DNA from: Thalia democratica | Lineage: Eukaryota | Direction of reading: 5' to 3' | DNA length: 64,000 nucleotides | Assembly: GCA_965202585.1 (NCBI GenBank) | Contig: OZ241830.1 | Coordinates: forward strand, 26,350,001-26,414,000 | Shown: piece by piece, positions 23,311 through 35,398 of the stretch | How positions within the stretch are numbered: the stretch's first letter is position 1 | Layout: every line of letters starts with the position of its first letter | Made by a program: the position numbers and the translations under genes | Notes under the pieces: model-generated | Seen by the model: the letters and a program-made list of their open reading frames with translations, nothing else | Databases searched by the model: none | Told to the model about the DNA's origin: nothing

Positions 23311-24658
23311 ATCTTCTAAATTAGTATATTCTATGTATTTAAGCTTAAGAAACACAAAAAAAAGATTAAAAAAGTTCTGAAAAATTACTTTACAAGGAGA
23401 GGATTATAAAGGCAGAGTTGAAAAAAAAATTGATAGCCATAAATCTAAGAGAAAATATTAAACTAATTAAACGTATAATATCGGTAGATAATAAAATAAT
23501 CTGTAAAATTATATACATAGTCTTAATTTGTTTATTAGAGATGATGATATATAAATATATTTTCGGATTATCAATGAAAGTTTATCTATTAGTATTCTTG
23601 ATGACGTAAACACAAAGTTTTTTTACCAGGAAGTTTACTGTATTCGGCAGAAATAAGCCTGTATTAAAACCTTAACAAATATATTTTTTTTGATTATTAC
23701 AATAGTTTAGGAATTTTTATTTAATATTGCAAGGTTTTAAAGTTTTTGTATTTTTATTTTTATAAGAACTGGTGCTAATGTGAATATATTTTTCGTTTTG
23801 TTATAAAACATTTTAGTTTAAACAAGGAATTTTTTGATTTTTTATTGTTCATATTTGCTTGTTCATAGTAGTTTTTTTTTTATTTTTTTTTTTAGTTTTA
23901 TTAAATTTAATAAAACGTACATAAATCTTAAAATGTATAAATCTATCTTTTTTACTTAAAGTTATGTGATAAAAAGTTAGTACTTGACGGAAGTTGGTAG
24001 CTAAAAGTAGCGTACTTATAAGAATACTGTAATTTATTAACGCAACCTTTTGAAATAATTTAAAATTATCACAACTGTATATACTTAAATAACCTGAATT
24101 GTTACTTAAGCGTTTACGTAATACTGAACTACAGTTAATTCTTTCCTGCTTTATGCTAACTTTGCCGTTACTTTCTAAAATTATTTTTGTTATCAAACAA
24201 AAATTCAATGAATCTTCACTCTAAAATTTTAAAACTTTAAGCTACTATAATACATTTAGTTGAGACAAAACTTATTTATGTTTTATAAATTATTTAACAA
24301 AATCATTAAACAAACGCAAAACTGACTTAAATATAGTGTTTAACAGACAATTTAGTATGATAAATATATATTTTTTTATAGTACATATTATTTTTTATTT
24401 ATTTGAAAACTATAAACTTGAAAATTTATTAGACAATTATGTTTCTATATATTTACAAAAAAAAATTAAAAAAATTGTTTTAGTTTTACAAAAATGTAAT
24501 TTTAAAACATCTTGTTTATCTAAAGCAATAGAAAATTTTTTTGGGTCCTTATGTTATACTTATTGCTCAAATGTGTTGTTTTAAATCTTTAATTTTACGT
24601 AAAATTTAAATTTGAAAAAAGATTAACAGAAGTAGAATAAAAATAATTTAACTGTTGA

Positions 24659-25051
24659 TTAAGCTAAAAAATAGTACAAAATATAACAAACTAAAACAAA
24701 AATAAAAAAACAAAAGTTTATCTTGTTCAAATTTTCAGCTGCTGAACTTTCGAGATTGCATAAATCTTCGTCACAGCAATCTACAGTTAGTTCCATGCCG
24801 TAAAATTCTTGTTCTGCAGTTCCTGGCTCTTTACAAATATCTTTATTAGTGCAACCCCATTCAGTACAAACATCTTCTCCGCATTCAAAAAATGTGCCGT
24901 TTTTATATTTGTAAATCACACAAAAATCCGTACTATGGTATGGACAAGTTTTGCCAGTTATATAAGAAGAATTCCCAATGTAGCACTGTAGACTGGAAGA
25001 ATCTCTAACCAAACAACATAAAACAACGAAAGTTGTAATCAAAGTTTTCAT
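24659..25051 (-). CDS. Intronless GPI-anchored Ly6/uPAR-like three-finger protein A3 (130 aa)
   Basis: Signal peptide MKTLITTFVVLCCLVRDSSS, 10 mature Cys with the same spacing as A1, CCDEDLCN, ESSAA and a hydrophobic tail. Confidence 0.88.
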   Translation of the reverse strand: MKTLITTFVVLCCLVRDSSSLQCYIGNSSYITGKTCPYHSTDFCVIYKYKNGTFFECGEDVCTEWGCTNKDICKEPGTAEQEFYGMELTVDCCDEDLCNLESSAAENLNKINFCFFIFVLVCYILYYFLA

Positions 25052-25149
25052 GATTGTTTTGTTGTACCAACTAATAGAGCAAATTTGAAACTGCTTCGAT
25101 ATTTTTCCAATCTCAAATTTAGTTTGTTTGCGTACTGAGACTTATTAAA

Positions 25150-25171
25150 ATGCAATTGGTTTGTATTACAT
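25150..25171 (-). promoter_or_regulatory. Upstream motif of Ly6 A3 (ATGCAAT-tggtttgt-ATTACAT)
   Basis: About 100 bp upstream of the ATG. On the gene strand it contains a CCAAT. Confidence 0.55.
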
Positions 25172-28100
25172 CCTTTTTAGTTAAACTTTTATGTAAAATT
25201 AAAAAGTTCTGGTTTGATAAAACGATTATTTAAAATTTTATTTTGTATAGAAATTAATCTATATTTTGAGTATACTAATTGGTTTTAAACATAAGTTGTC
25301 AAAAAAAAAAAAAAACTTTTATTAATTTTTTTCATTAGAGTTAACTTATAATACTTTTTTTAACTTTTAATCAAAATTTTAACTATAAAAACATTAAAAC
25401 AATGAAGAGTATATCTATTTTAAGGTTAAAACAATTTTAAAGTATAATTTAAATCATTATTTTTTTAATTTATTTATAATTTATTATTAGGTACCTGAAT
25501 GTTTTACTTACATATCACGTTATTGGATATAACATTTTAGCGCTTATTTTGTCGTTAAACCTTACAATAATAAGACACGAACCTTTATGTGTCTGTTTTT
25601 ATATATATTTTTTATCTAACATTTTATTTGAGAAAAAAAATCAAGGTTGCAAATGTTTAAAAGATGACGTTGTATATGAGCAAAAACCTAGCTATGCATT
25701 TAATCTAATGACTAACAACCTTAGCTGAAATATTAGCGTACTAATTAAGTGTTTGAAAAAATAAATTCACTATATTTTTGGGCTTTGAACCTTTAGTTGT
25801 TAATACTTTATCTAAAACACAATCATAAAAAAAGTGTAGCTAAAATATATGTAACTATACTTATCAAGGTCTGAAATACTATTCAGTTATATAGAACAAA
25901 AGTTCTTTATTTCTCTGAAACTAGTTATATAACTTACTTTTAAGTTTAATTATTAGTATATTTGTGTTCAAAACAGTTTAGAATTTACCAAATCCTTAAA
26001 AGTTTATAGAATAATGAAAAAATAAAGTTTAATTTTAAGGAAGAAAACTAAATCTTATAATGCAAAAATAAAAATCTCGTTATAAGTATTTACGCTAAAA
26101 TTATTCATCTAGTTTAGAACTTTTACGTTTATTTAACTTTATATGGTTTAATTATCCTAAAAAACACGATTAGTTTTGTTAAATCAAAGTTTAAAAACAT
26201 TTAAGCACAAGATCTTGTATATTACACAAAACATTACTGACTAGAAATGCAAACTTACTACACTGACAAATAACTATAATAGCTTAGTAGTTTTTAAATA
26301 AACTGTATCTTATAACTGTTTGTAAATTATATTTTAAGTTTTCTTCGAACAATTTATTTAAATCTGAATTCTTTTCATATTCAAAAATACTAAAGTTTCA
26401 TACTTAGTTATTTATACTTCGAAGAATTTTAAAGCATCAATAACTTGCACTACATATTCATACATTTATTCTATAGTTTTTGTATGGTTTTAATCAAACT
26501 TTGTATTTCGCTTAAGCAATGAATATTTTTTAGCAAATGACAACAGCTATCAATGAAATACATTATGTTTAGACTTTTAATGCTAAAAACTTTAGAAAAG
26601 TTTAAGTATTGCATTACAATGAAAATAGTTTTTATATCCGTTTAGTGTTACACTTTTATTTATTAACAATAAAATTTCAAAACTTTATTTAAAGTTCTGT
26701 ACAATAACTGCAAAGAAAATTGAAACACCTGAACTAACTCGAGCCCTATAAACTGTGATTACAAAACGAAATATAAAAACGTCATAATATAAAAAAATAA
26801 TAATAAAACCAAAAACCTGAGACAAACTAGTAATCTTTTTCATTAAAAATGGGATATTGAACAAGTTGATTTTCTAAAATTTGTACAGTGACGTATTAAA
26901 ATTAATTTAATACTATTTTATTAGCCTAAAGTGAATTAAAAAAGCTAAAACCGATTAAACATGTATATAACTAATTAAAGCTTCTAAGTAAAATAACTTT
27001 AAAAATATTTTTTTAAGAAAATATTGGCTCTTGTAATTGTTAGTTATTTAAACTAAAATTATAATATGTTAGTAATAAATTCTATTTAGTAGTGAAATGG
27101 ATTATAAAACAAGATAAGCTATTTTCATTGAGTATTTTAAAGAACAAGCTATCACTAGTTAGTATATCAAAACTTAAAAAAATATCTTTCAAATGGTAAA
27201 CATTTTGAGTTTGAATTTGTAACTCATCGCAAAATTAAAAAAACTTTAAGTTTATCACTTTTTATAATTAGATCAAACCATATTTTATATTAGTAAGGTA
27301 AGCAGAAAAGTCTAGCTTTAAGAAAGTTTACTTAATTATAAAATAATTAAAATTTATGAGCTTTAAATATTTACTTAATCTTCTTTGTAAATTAATTTAT
27401 TATTATGTATTAGTTTTTTAAAGTTTTCTAACAATATATTAATTAATGCTTTCACATTTTTGTTTTCGTTTAAGTTTATTAAAGTTTGTAAACTTACACT
27501 ACATGAAGAATTATAAAATTTAGAATTTTTCTATTTTACTTAACATCTTTTGGTTAAAAGAAGGTATCAAACAATAAGTGCACAGCTAAAATAACGTACT
27601 TTAAAGAAAAAACAATGTATTTGATATAACAGCTTCGTTTATATTGTTTAAAACTAAAAGTTATTAAAACAACCTAAACTATAATTTAAGCGTTTATCTT
27701 TTACTGAACAACAGTAAATTTTTTTCTGTTTAATTTTAACCACTCTGTATTTTAATAAATTTGTTTTTTGACTAAGCGTATGTTAAATAAACTAAATGAT
27801 TAAAATTTAAACTTAAAGTTTCACACAACGTGTATTTATTAATCTTTGTATATCATATAAAAGTCATAACACAAAAACACTTCAGTCTATACTACAATAA
27901 TGATCAAATTAATTAAACAAATAAAATTAAAAGCAATTTTTTCTGTAACTACTATACTAATATTTAATATTAGTAAATACACTTGATAAAATTATTTAAT
28001 TGATATAGATTTTTACAACAGTTGTTACTTTTTTAGTTTTTATTTATATATGATTATTTGTTGATAATTATCAAAAGAGTAAAAAAAAGGTTTACTACAT

Positions 28101-28352
28101 TTAATAAAACTATAAAACATACAAAACTAAAACTACTAATAAGAATTTTATAAATTTTGTTAAACATTCGGTTATTTTTTATTTAGCAAAGACTTAACTA
28201 TGTTTTTTCTACTTTTTGTTTTTTAAACTCAAAAAAAAGTTTTTGTTGCTTTTTATAAAACAGTTTATTGCTAAAATGAGTTATTTCAAAGTCAAAATTT
28301 GTAAAAAAAGTATATTTTTGAAAAAAATTAAAATAATTTTACATATGATTTA

Positions 28353-28742
28353 TCATATCATTAAGTAGTAAAATACAAAAACAAAAACTACAAAACAAAA
28401 TTTTGTCTTGTTCATACTCTGTGCAGAATTTTCAAAACTTTCAAGATTGCATAAGTCTTTGTCACAACAACTTATTGTGAATTTCATGTCGTGAAATACA
28501 TGTTTAAAAGTTCCTGGCTCTTTACAATAAAAACTATCAGTGCAACCCATTTCAGTGCATATCTTTTCATCGCAATCATCAAATGTTCCGCTTTTATACT
28601 TGTAGATCGCACAGAAGTTTAAATCGTAGTCTGAACAACTTATATCAGATAATTCAGTTAAATTTCCGTTGTAGCACTGTAGACTGGAAGTATCGCTAAA
28701 CAAACAACATAAAAAAACTAAAGTTGTAATCAAAGTTTTCAT
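28353..28742 (-). CDS. Intronless GPI-anchored Ly6/uPAR-like three-finger protein A4 (129 aa)
   Basis: Signal peptide MKTLITTLVFLCCLFSDTSS, 10 mature Cys, CCDKDLCN, NSAQ and hydrophobic tail FCFVVFVFVFYYLMI. Confidence 0.88.
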   Translation of the reverse strand: MKTLITTLVFLCCLFSDTSSLQCYNGNLTELSDISCSDYDLNFCAIYKYKSGTFDDCDEKICTEMGCTDSFYCKEPGTFKHVFHDMKFTISCCDKDLCNLESFENSAQSMNKTKFCFVVFVFVFYYLMI

Positions 28743-28848
28743 GATTGTTTAGTTGTAACAACTAATAAAGCAAACGGCACTTTGAAACTGTTTCGATCAT
28801 ATTTTCTTATCTCATGATTAGTTTGTTTGCGAACTTAAAGTGATTAGA

Positions 28849-28870
28849 ATGCAATTGATTTGTATTACAT
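28849..28870 (-). promoter_or_regulatory. Upstream motif of Ly6 A4 (ATGCAAT-tgatttgt-ATTACAT)
   Basis: About 107 bp upstream of the ATG. Confidence 0.55.
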
Positions 28871-29145
28871 CCTTGTTCAGTTAAGTTTTTCTTAAAATTA
28901 AACAGTTTGAGATTAAAAACAAAACTATTTAAAATTTTAAATTGCCTATCAAATAATTTATTTTTTAAGCATACTGATTGATCTTCAAGATAAATTGCCA
29001 AATAAAAAAATGTTTTTTTTTAAACAAGCAGGAACAATAAAAGTTTAGACAAAAAAAAAATGTTTGTTTATGTTTTTAAAAGGTTGAAATAAATAGGGTT
29101 AATTTATATCTAGTAAGTATTTTTACATTTTAATTAGAAAAAAAA

Positions 29146-29370
29146 TTAAAATATTAAAACAAGCATAATGAATGAAAACATTTTTTTTTTTATAAATTCT
29201 TGAGCTGAGTTTCTTATTAGAAAATTACTTGTCATAGATATTAAATTCTTATTATTGTTGTTTTTAAAAAGTATTACAAATATAGCTAATTATGTATTCG
29301 AACTACAATAAACTTGAATAGTTGCAAAATAAACAACATAAAAAATTAGTAACGTAAATATCTTTGTAAC
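29146..29370 (-). pseudogene. Internally deleted Ly6 relic with retained upstream motif (29456-29477)
   Basis: FLCCLFCNYSSLL* matches A4 FLCCLFSDTSSLQC, and NSAQEFIKKKMFSFIMLVLIF* matches the GPI tail. Most of the Cys domain is missing. ACGCAAT-cggtttgt-ATTACAT lies ~90 bp upstream. Confidence 0.65.
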
Positions 29371-29605
29371 GAATTAAGATTTAGATACTATATGGCATAA
29401 AACACTTTTTTCTTTACGTTATACTTAACTTATCAACGTTTTAAAATAGTTTTAAACGCAATCGGTTTGTATTACATCCTTATAAGGTAAATTTCGTTTT
29501 TAGAATTTAAATAGTTTAAGCTTAAAAAACAATGGTTATTCAAACAATAGTATGATTATTAAGTAAAAACTCTTAAAACATTGAGTTTCTCCAAATGATT
29601 ACAAA

Positions 29606-29725
29606 TTATCAGGGTTAGAAATAATTAAAGTATATATGATCGGTTTAGATATGAACGGGTTAGAAGTGATCGGACTAAAAATGATTTGGTTATTTATGAT
29701 CGGGTTACAATCAATCGGGTTAGAA
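29606..29725 (+). repeat. Degenerate 15-bp minisatellite, consensus ATGATCGGGTTAGAA
   Basis: Six clear units at 29636-29725 plus two weaker in-phase units upstream. It produces the MIGLx pentapeptide in ORF 29636-29899. Confidence 0.8.
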
Positions 29726-31713
29726 ATGAAAGTAAACCGCTACATAAATTTAAACAAAAAGAGCTCGCCTATGACTTTTTATGAATATATAAGGTTTTTA
29801 GTTCTTTTTGGTTTTTATCAGTTTCTTCATGTTCTCCAGTTCAGCAACAATCAAGTACAGTTATATTTTGAACCAAGGATCTTTATTCATTTAAAATAAC
29901 ATTCTTGCACTTGTTTCCTATCAAAATTTTTAATATTGTTTTTATAAATGTTTAAATTGTTTTTTATTTTTATAGCAGATAAAACAAACTTATGTGCATT
30001 TAATTATTTAAATTTAAAAATAATTTTATTAATTAACAGGTATAGTAGATCGTATTAAACATAAAGTCGAAAAAAAACCTTTTTTTCCAATATAAATTTT
30101 AGTTAAACCATTAATTACAAAAAAAAATAAAATATAAAAATGTATATTTAAAATATTTACTAAAACGTTTTTAAATTATATTTTGCTATTTAGAGGCAAC
30201 TATATATCGGTTACAAAACAATTCAAGTTTCGAAAATTAAAATTCTTAAAAACAAGTTTAAAGAGCCACATCTCATGAAGCAGTATATTTACTTTTTTCA
30301 AATGCTCGTATAGGTATAACTAATATTATTGTATAAGTGTAAAGAAAGTTCAATAAGTGTATATATAAAAACAGATTTTTTAAAAGTTATTAGAATCAGC
30401 ATTATTTTAAACCTCTTATTTCCATATTGAAATAATGTTTAAAACTTACCAAATTAGAAAATGCTTTATTAGGTAAATAATAGTGGTTTTACAAAAAGTT
30501 GAAAAAAATAAATTATTAATTTATAATTAGAGATATAAATGAAATAAATAAAAACAACTAAAGTTAACAAAGTTATTGTCGGAACTTAAATTGTCAGAAT
30601 TTGAACAGTTGTGCACCTTGTGTATGAAATATACTTTATACATTGTAGTCTGAACTGTAAAGTATATAAATAAAAATAAGAATTTTCAGTTTTAATTATA
30701 TTACAACAACTTTATTCTTCCCTTACGTTTTATAAGTACCAGTATGTTATTAAAAAGAATTTAATTAGTCTTTTACCAGGGTAAAACATAAATAAGACAT
30801 GTTGTCACTAAATAGATTTTATTTAATAATTATAAGTATACTAGTTTAACATCAGAATACATCAACCTTTACGAGAAAAAACTTTAAAACTAAGCACATA
30901 ACTTTTGTAAACGTGTTATAAAATGTGAATTGTGATAATCGTTTGTAAAAAAATCAGTTACTTTTTTTAATAAATCGCAATTAGAATATTTTTTATTTTA
31001 GATTTAAACATTATTATTTCAATTTTTAGAAATCTTTAAACACATATAAAACATAATACAGAATTAAAAAAGCTACTAATAGGTTTACTTTTTAATAATA
31101 TGAAGATCAATTTACAGACACAATATGATAAACTTACATTGACCTTTGAAATTAGAAATAATATCATTAAACTTGACATTGAACTTTAGCAACCTGTTTT
31201 GTTGTTGTTAAGACTGATGCTGACTACATAGTTATAATGTAACTTTTACTGACAAATAATCTGAACCACTTTATAAGTTTTAGTTTAAAAATGTTTTTTT
31301 ATTAAATTTTACCACTAAAATTTTTTTTGTCAATATACCTTTTAAATTAGTTTAAAATTGTGAAGTTAAAGCTAACTTCATAACAAAACAAATTTTTAGT
31401 ATTTAGTTCTTTATGTTCATTTTATATATCATTTTGAATTTAGTCTTGTTTATTTTTTATTCATAAATACTAATTTATAACAAATCTTTGCTTAAACTTT
31501 GTTAAACAAAAAAAAACTTTTTACACAAACTATATTTAAGTTTACAATAGTATATGTTATATTTATCTAAAGTTTGTATTAAATATTTTGTAAATTCATA
31601 CTTAAATCACATTGTATCTTTAACTTATTTATTAGCAAAGTTAAAACTGTATTAAAAGTGTTTAATTGTTCTTACAGAAACTTTTATCACTTTTAAGATC
31701 TTTTTGATGACTA

Positions 31714-33330
31714 ATAAATAAAAACAAATTATACAGTAATCTTCCTTTATTCTACCAACATATGTTTCTATGTGTCAACGAATCAACACACTTCAACTGG
31801 GTTCTGTAGAAAAATAATTACTGTAATGAGAGATTAGAAGCATAGAATAAAGTAGGTGTATACATGTTTTCATTAAAATAAGATATTTTCTACAGATAAT
31901 AGTTATTAATAGTTGAAATACTTAATATTAAATCCGACTGTTATAAAACTATATAATATTTGTGATTAATAAGTCTAATGTAATTGAAGTAAGCTAAATT
32001 ACATAACAAAACATAATATAAACAAACAACTTACGTTAATGGGAAAGATAACTAATTCAAATTTTATTGTTGTTAACTAATGAGAAATACATTCGTTACA
32101 ACTAATAATTACGTCACAAGGTAAATAAGGTTATTTAAACTATTTAATTTGTATTGCAAAGAACATTGATTTATTTTTTATGTAGTCTATTTTGAACAAA
32201 AATAAAATATTAACCATTAGTTAGTGAATCAATAAAATTTAATGTAACGACGCTGAAGGCAATACAAGTCACAAAAACTCGATGTAACATGTATATTATA
32301 TATTGAATGTTTGTAATGATTGAATCAAAGTTATATAGAATTAGGAAGCAGATTTAATTCAAATGTAAAAGTCAAAAATAAAAAAAATTAAACTTTAAGA
32401 AAAAACAAAACACAAAAAACAAAATTGTTATTAGGCTTAAAATGTACTGACCGATAATTAATTTACAGCAACATACATAAAATCATAATGACCTAAATTA
32501 AATATATATTGCATTTTATAATTAATAAAATAATTAATTGGTAAAGTAGGGGTCGGCTGTTTAATTTAAATATCCCATACATATATTTTAATATATATTG
32601 ATATTATTGCCCAATAACAATTTTGTTTTTTGTGTTTTGTTTTTTCTTAAAGTTTAATTTTTTCATTTTTGATTTTAACATTTGAACTAAATCTGCCTCC
32701 TAAATCTATATAACTTTGATTCAATCATTACTAACATTCAATATATAATATACATGTTACATCGAGTTTCTGTGTCTTTTATTGCCTTCAGCGTCGTTAC
32801 ATTAAATTTTATTGATTCACTAACTAATGGTTAATATTTTATTTTTGTTCAAAATAGACTACATAAAAAATAAATCAATGTTCTTTGCAATACAAATTAA
32901 ATAGTTTAAATAACCTTATTTACATTGTGATGTAATTATTAGTTGTAATGAACATATTTTTCATTAGTTAAGAACAATAAAATTTGAATTAGTTATCTTT
33001 CCCATTAACGTGAGTTGTTTGTTTATATTATGTTTTGTTGTGTAATTTAGCTTACTTCAATTATTTTAGACTTAATAATCACAAATATTATATAGTTTTA
33101 TAACAGTCGGATTTAATATTAAGTATTTCAACTATTAATAACTATTATCTGTAGAAAATATCTTATTTTAATGAAAACATGTATACACCTACTTTATTCT
33201 ATGCTTCTAATCTCTCATTACAGTAATTATTTTTCTACAGAACCAAGTTGAAGTGTGTTGATTCGTTGACACACAGAAACATATGTTGGTAGAATAAAGG
33301 AAGATTACTGTATCATTTGTTTTTATTTAT
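31714..33330. repeat. Long inverted repeat (fold-back-like palindrome): arms ~720 bp, spacer ~172 bp
   Basis: Arm 31714-32436 is the reverse complement of 32609-33330, about 95% identical by eye (e.g. ttctaccaacatatgtttc versus gaaacatatgttggtagaa). No TSD or ORF recognised. Confidence 0.95.
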
Positions 33331-33611
33331 ATTCCAGTGAAGTTACTTCACTAGGATCTTCTGTTAGCAAACAATTAAAACTATATTTTGAACAGTTTTA
33401 ATGATTAATAACTTTTAATAGTCGTTGTTGTTAATTATTAGTCTTTAAAATACTAAAAACAATGTTACTGAACAAGAATGTACAAAGGATACAAACCGGT
33501 TACATTTTAATTAGTTTTTATACGCAAATATACTAAGTATAAATTTCGGAAAAAAATAAAGACAGTTTGAAAGTATTGTGCACTTTATTGGTCTTTAAAT
33601 TTTAACACAAA

Positions 33612-33988
33612 ATGAAACCTTTAATATTTTTTTTAGTTTTTTATGCTGTTTATTTATGGATTGTTGCAGTCGACGGTGCTACGACGGGAATTCAACTTAT
33701 CTAACTGGTCAGAATTGTCTAAAACACAATTCAGATTTTTGTGCAATCTACAAATATAAAAGCGGCACACCCGATTTTTGTGAAGAAAAAATTTAAATAA
33801 AAAGAAGTTGCACTAACAATCATTTTTGTAAAGAATCTGGAATTTCAGAACAAGAGTTATATGGCATGAAATTTACAATAAATTGCTGTAAAAAAGACTT
33901 ATGCAATCTTTAAAATTCAGCGCGAAGTTTAAAGAAGATAAAATTTTGTTACGTACTTTTTATTTTTATTTGTTATATATTGTTCTAA
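33612..33988 (+). pseudogene. Ly6-like pseudogene A5 (opposite orientation to the left-hand cluster)
   Basis: MKPLIFFLVF, a frameshift in a T-run, then LCCLFMDCCSRRCYDGNSTYLTGQNCLKHNSDFCAIYKYKSGTPDFCEEKI*IKRSCTNNHFCKESGISEQELYGMKFTINCCKKDLCNL*NSARSLKKIKFCYVLFIFICYILF*. The upstream motif at ~33489-33507 has lost one half-site. Confidence 0.9.
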
Positions 33989-34169
33989 CGTTTACTTTAA
34001 CAGCAGTTAGTTTTTTTTTTTCAGCTGACTTTAAAAAGTTTTACTTTATATATAATCTTTAAGTGTTAATAAAACAAATTTTTAAAACTAAAACATTTTA
34101 TGAAAAGCTATAGAGAAGATTCTGTTCGCTTTAAGTACACAAAATGTTTTTATAACATCTTATTGTAAA

Positions 34170-34480
34170 AAATATATATTCCAAGTTTTTATGCTAAAAT
34201 TAATAAATTAAGTTTAAATAATTATTTATTTCATCCTATTTTAGCAGTTATTATTACTTTCAGATTTTTATTTAAACAAGGTTTTAAACAAAATTCGATC
34301 TTTTATTAAGTTAATTAAAAATTAGTATTTCACTAATTTTATCTCACAAAACTGGGATTTTACAACATTAGTTTTATCGGTTTGAAAGTTTTAATTTTAC
34401 AATAAACTGTTGTGAAACGGATCTCTGAACTTACAAAACTTATAAAACAACAATTATTTTATGCAATTTTTATAACATTC
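34170..34480 (+). pseudogene. Decayed Ly6 relic on the + strand
   Basis: A single frame at 34348-34428 reads KTGILQH*FYRFESFNFTINCCETDL*, matching (E)PG...H...MKFTINCC.KDLC of the family. The upstream part is only weakly recognisable and boundaries are approximate. Confidence 0.55.
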
Positions 34481-35398
34481 AAAAGCAAAAATTTGCTAAA
34501 AGACACAACTAAGTGAGCATCGCACCACTTCTAAATAAAATATGGTCATATTTTTTTATCAAAAAAAAAAGTTAATCTATTTTTTAATACTATAAATAAG
34601 TCTTACAAAAAAACTTTATAAAATTTTGGTAAATTTACCAGCTTTAAAGTAATAAAGTTTTTACTTTATTAACGCATGAACGACATTTGAAATAACTTTG
34701 AATGTAATTTTACGTTCAGAAAAAAGCTAAGAATGATAGATAAGTACTATATCAATTATTTCAATAAGCATTTACTAGTTGCGGCGAATAAAACAACAAG
34801 GCTTTAACTAAATTAGATAGAAAGCAATACAAAGACGAGAAATATTAGATGTTGCTTTTAGTTTTTGCCGTTGTCTTAAATTGTTAACACAATAGTACAA
34901 AACAAACCTTTGAAAAAAATGTTTCTAAGAGCAAGATGTTTATTAATTTTTTATTTAGATTTTATGAAACTTTAAGTTTATTTAAGCTCGATAATTCTTC
35001 TAGGAAAAAGAGTAAACAAGTAAACTAAAGTTAAGTTTAATAAAAAACTAACAATAAATTTATAAAATTATATTATTAAAAAGTTGATTTAAAGATTATG
35101 CTTAAAAAATTTAAGGTTTAGTTAACAACTAAAAATTATTTAAATTAACTATACCAACTAAAGTTTAGAATACTTACAAATAGTAGTTTATACGGTAACA
35201 AAATTAATCGAAAAGAAAAACTTAGTATGCTTTTTGTCATCTATGTGGACATGTTCTTTTAAAGTTATAAAACATTTATTATCATTACTTTTGTGCAAAG
35301 TTATAATAACTTCTATAGTGTAAATGTATATATTGTCTATGATATTGAAATATACTGTTTAGTAATAAGAATAAAGCGTATGTACACTTTTATATACT

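Noticed and set aside
23849-24208. 119-aa minus-strand ORF
   Set aside because: TTG start, no splice context, no recognisable domain, and it ends in a low-complexity A-run.
29636-29725. CRISPR-like array or telomere seed
   Set aside because: Head-to-tail degenerate 15-mers without spacers in a eukaryotic context; GGGTTAG is not tandemly repeated.
32725-33290. Exon-like AG..GT segments inside the palindrome arms (e.g. 33241-33289, TKLKCVDSLTHRNIC)
   Set aside because: No consistent multi-exon frame could be built, and both arms carry the same sequence in opposite directions.
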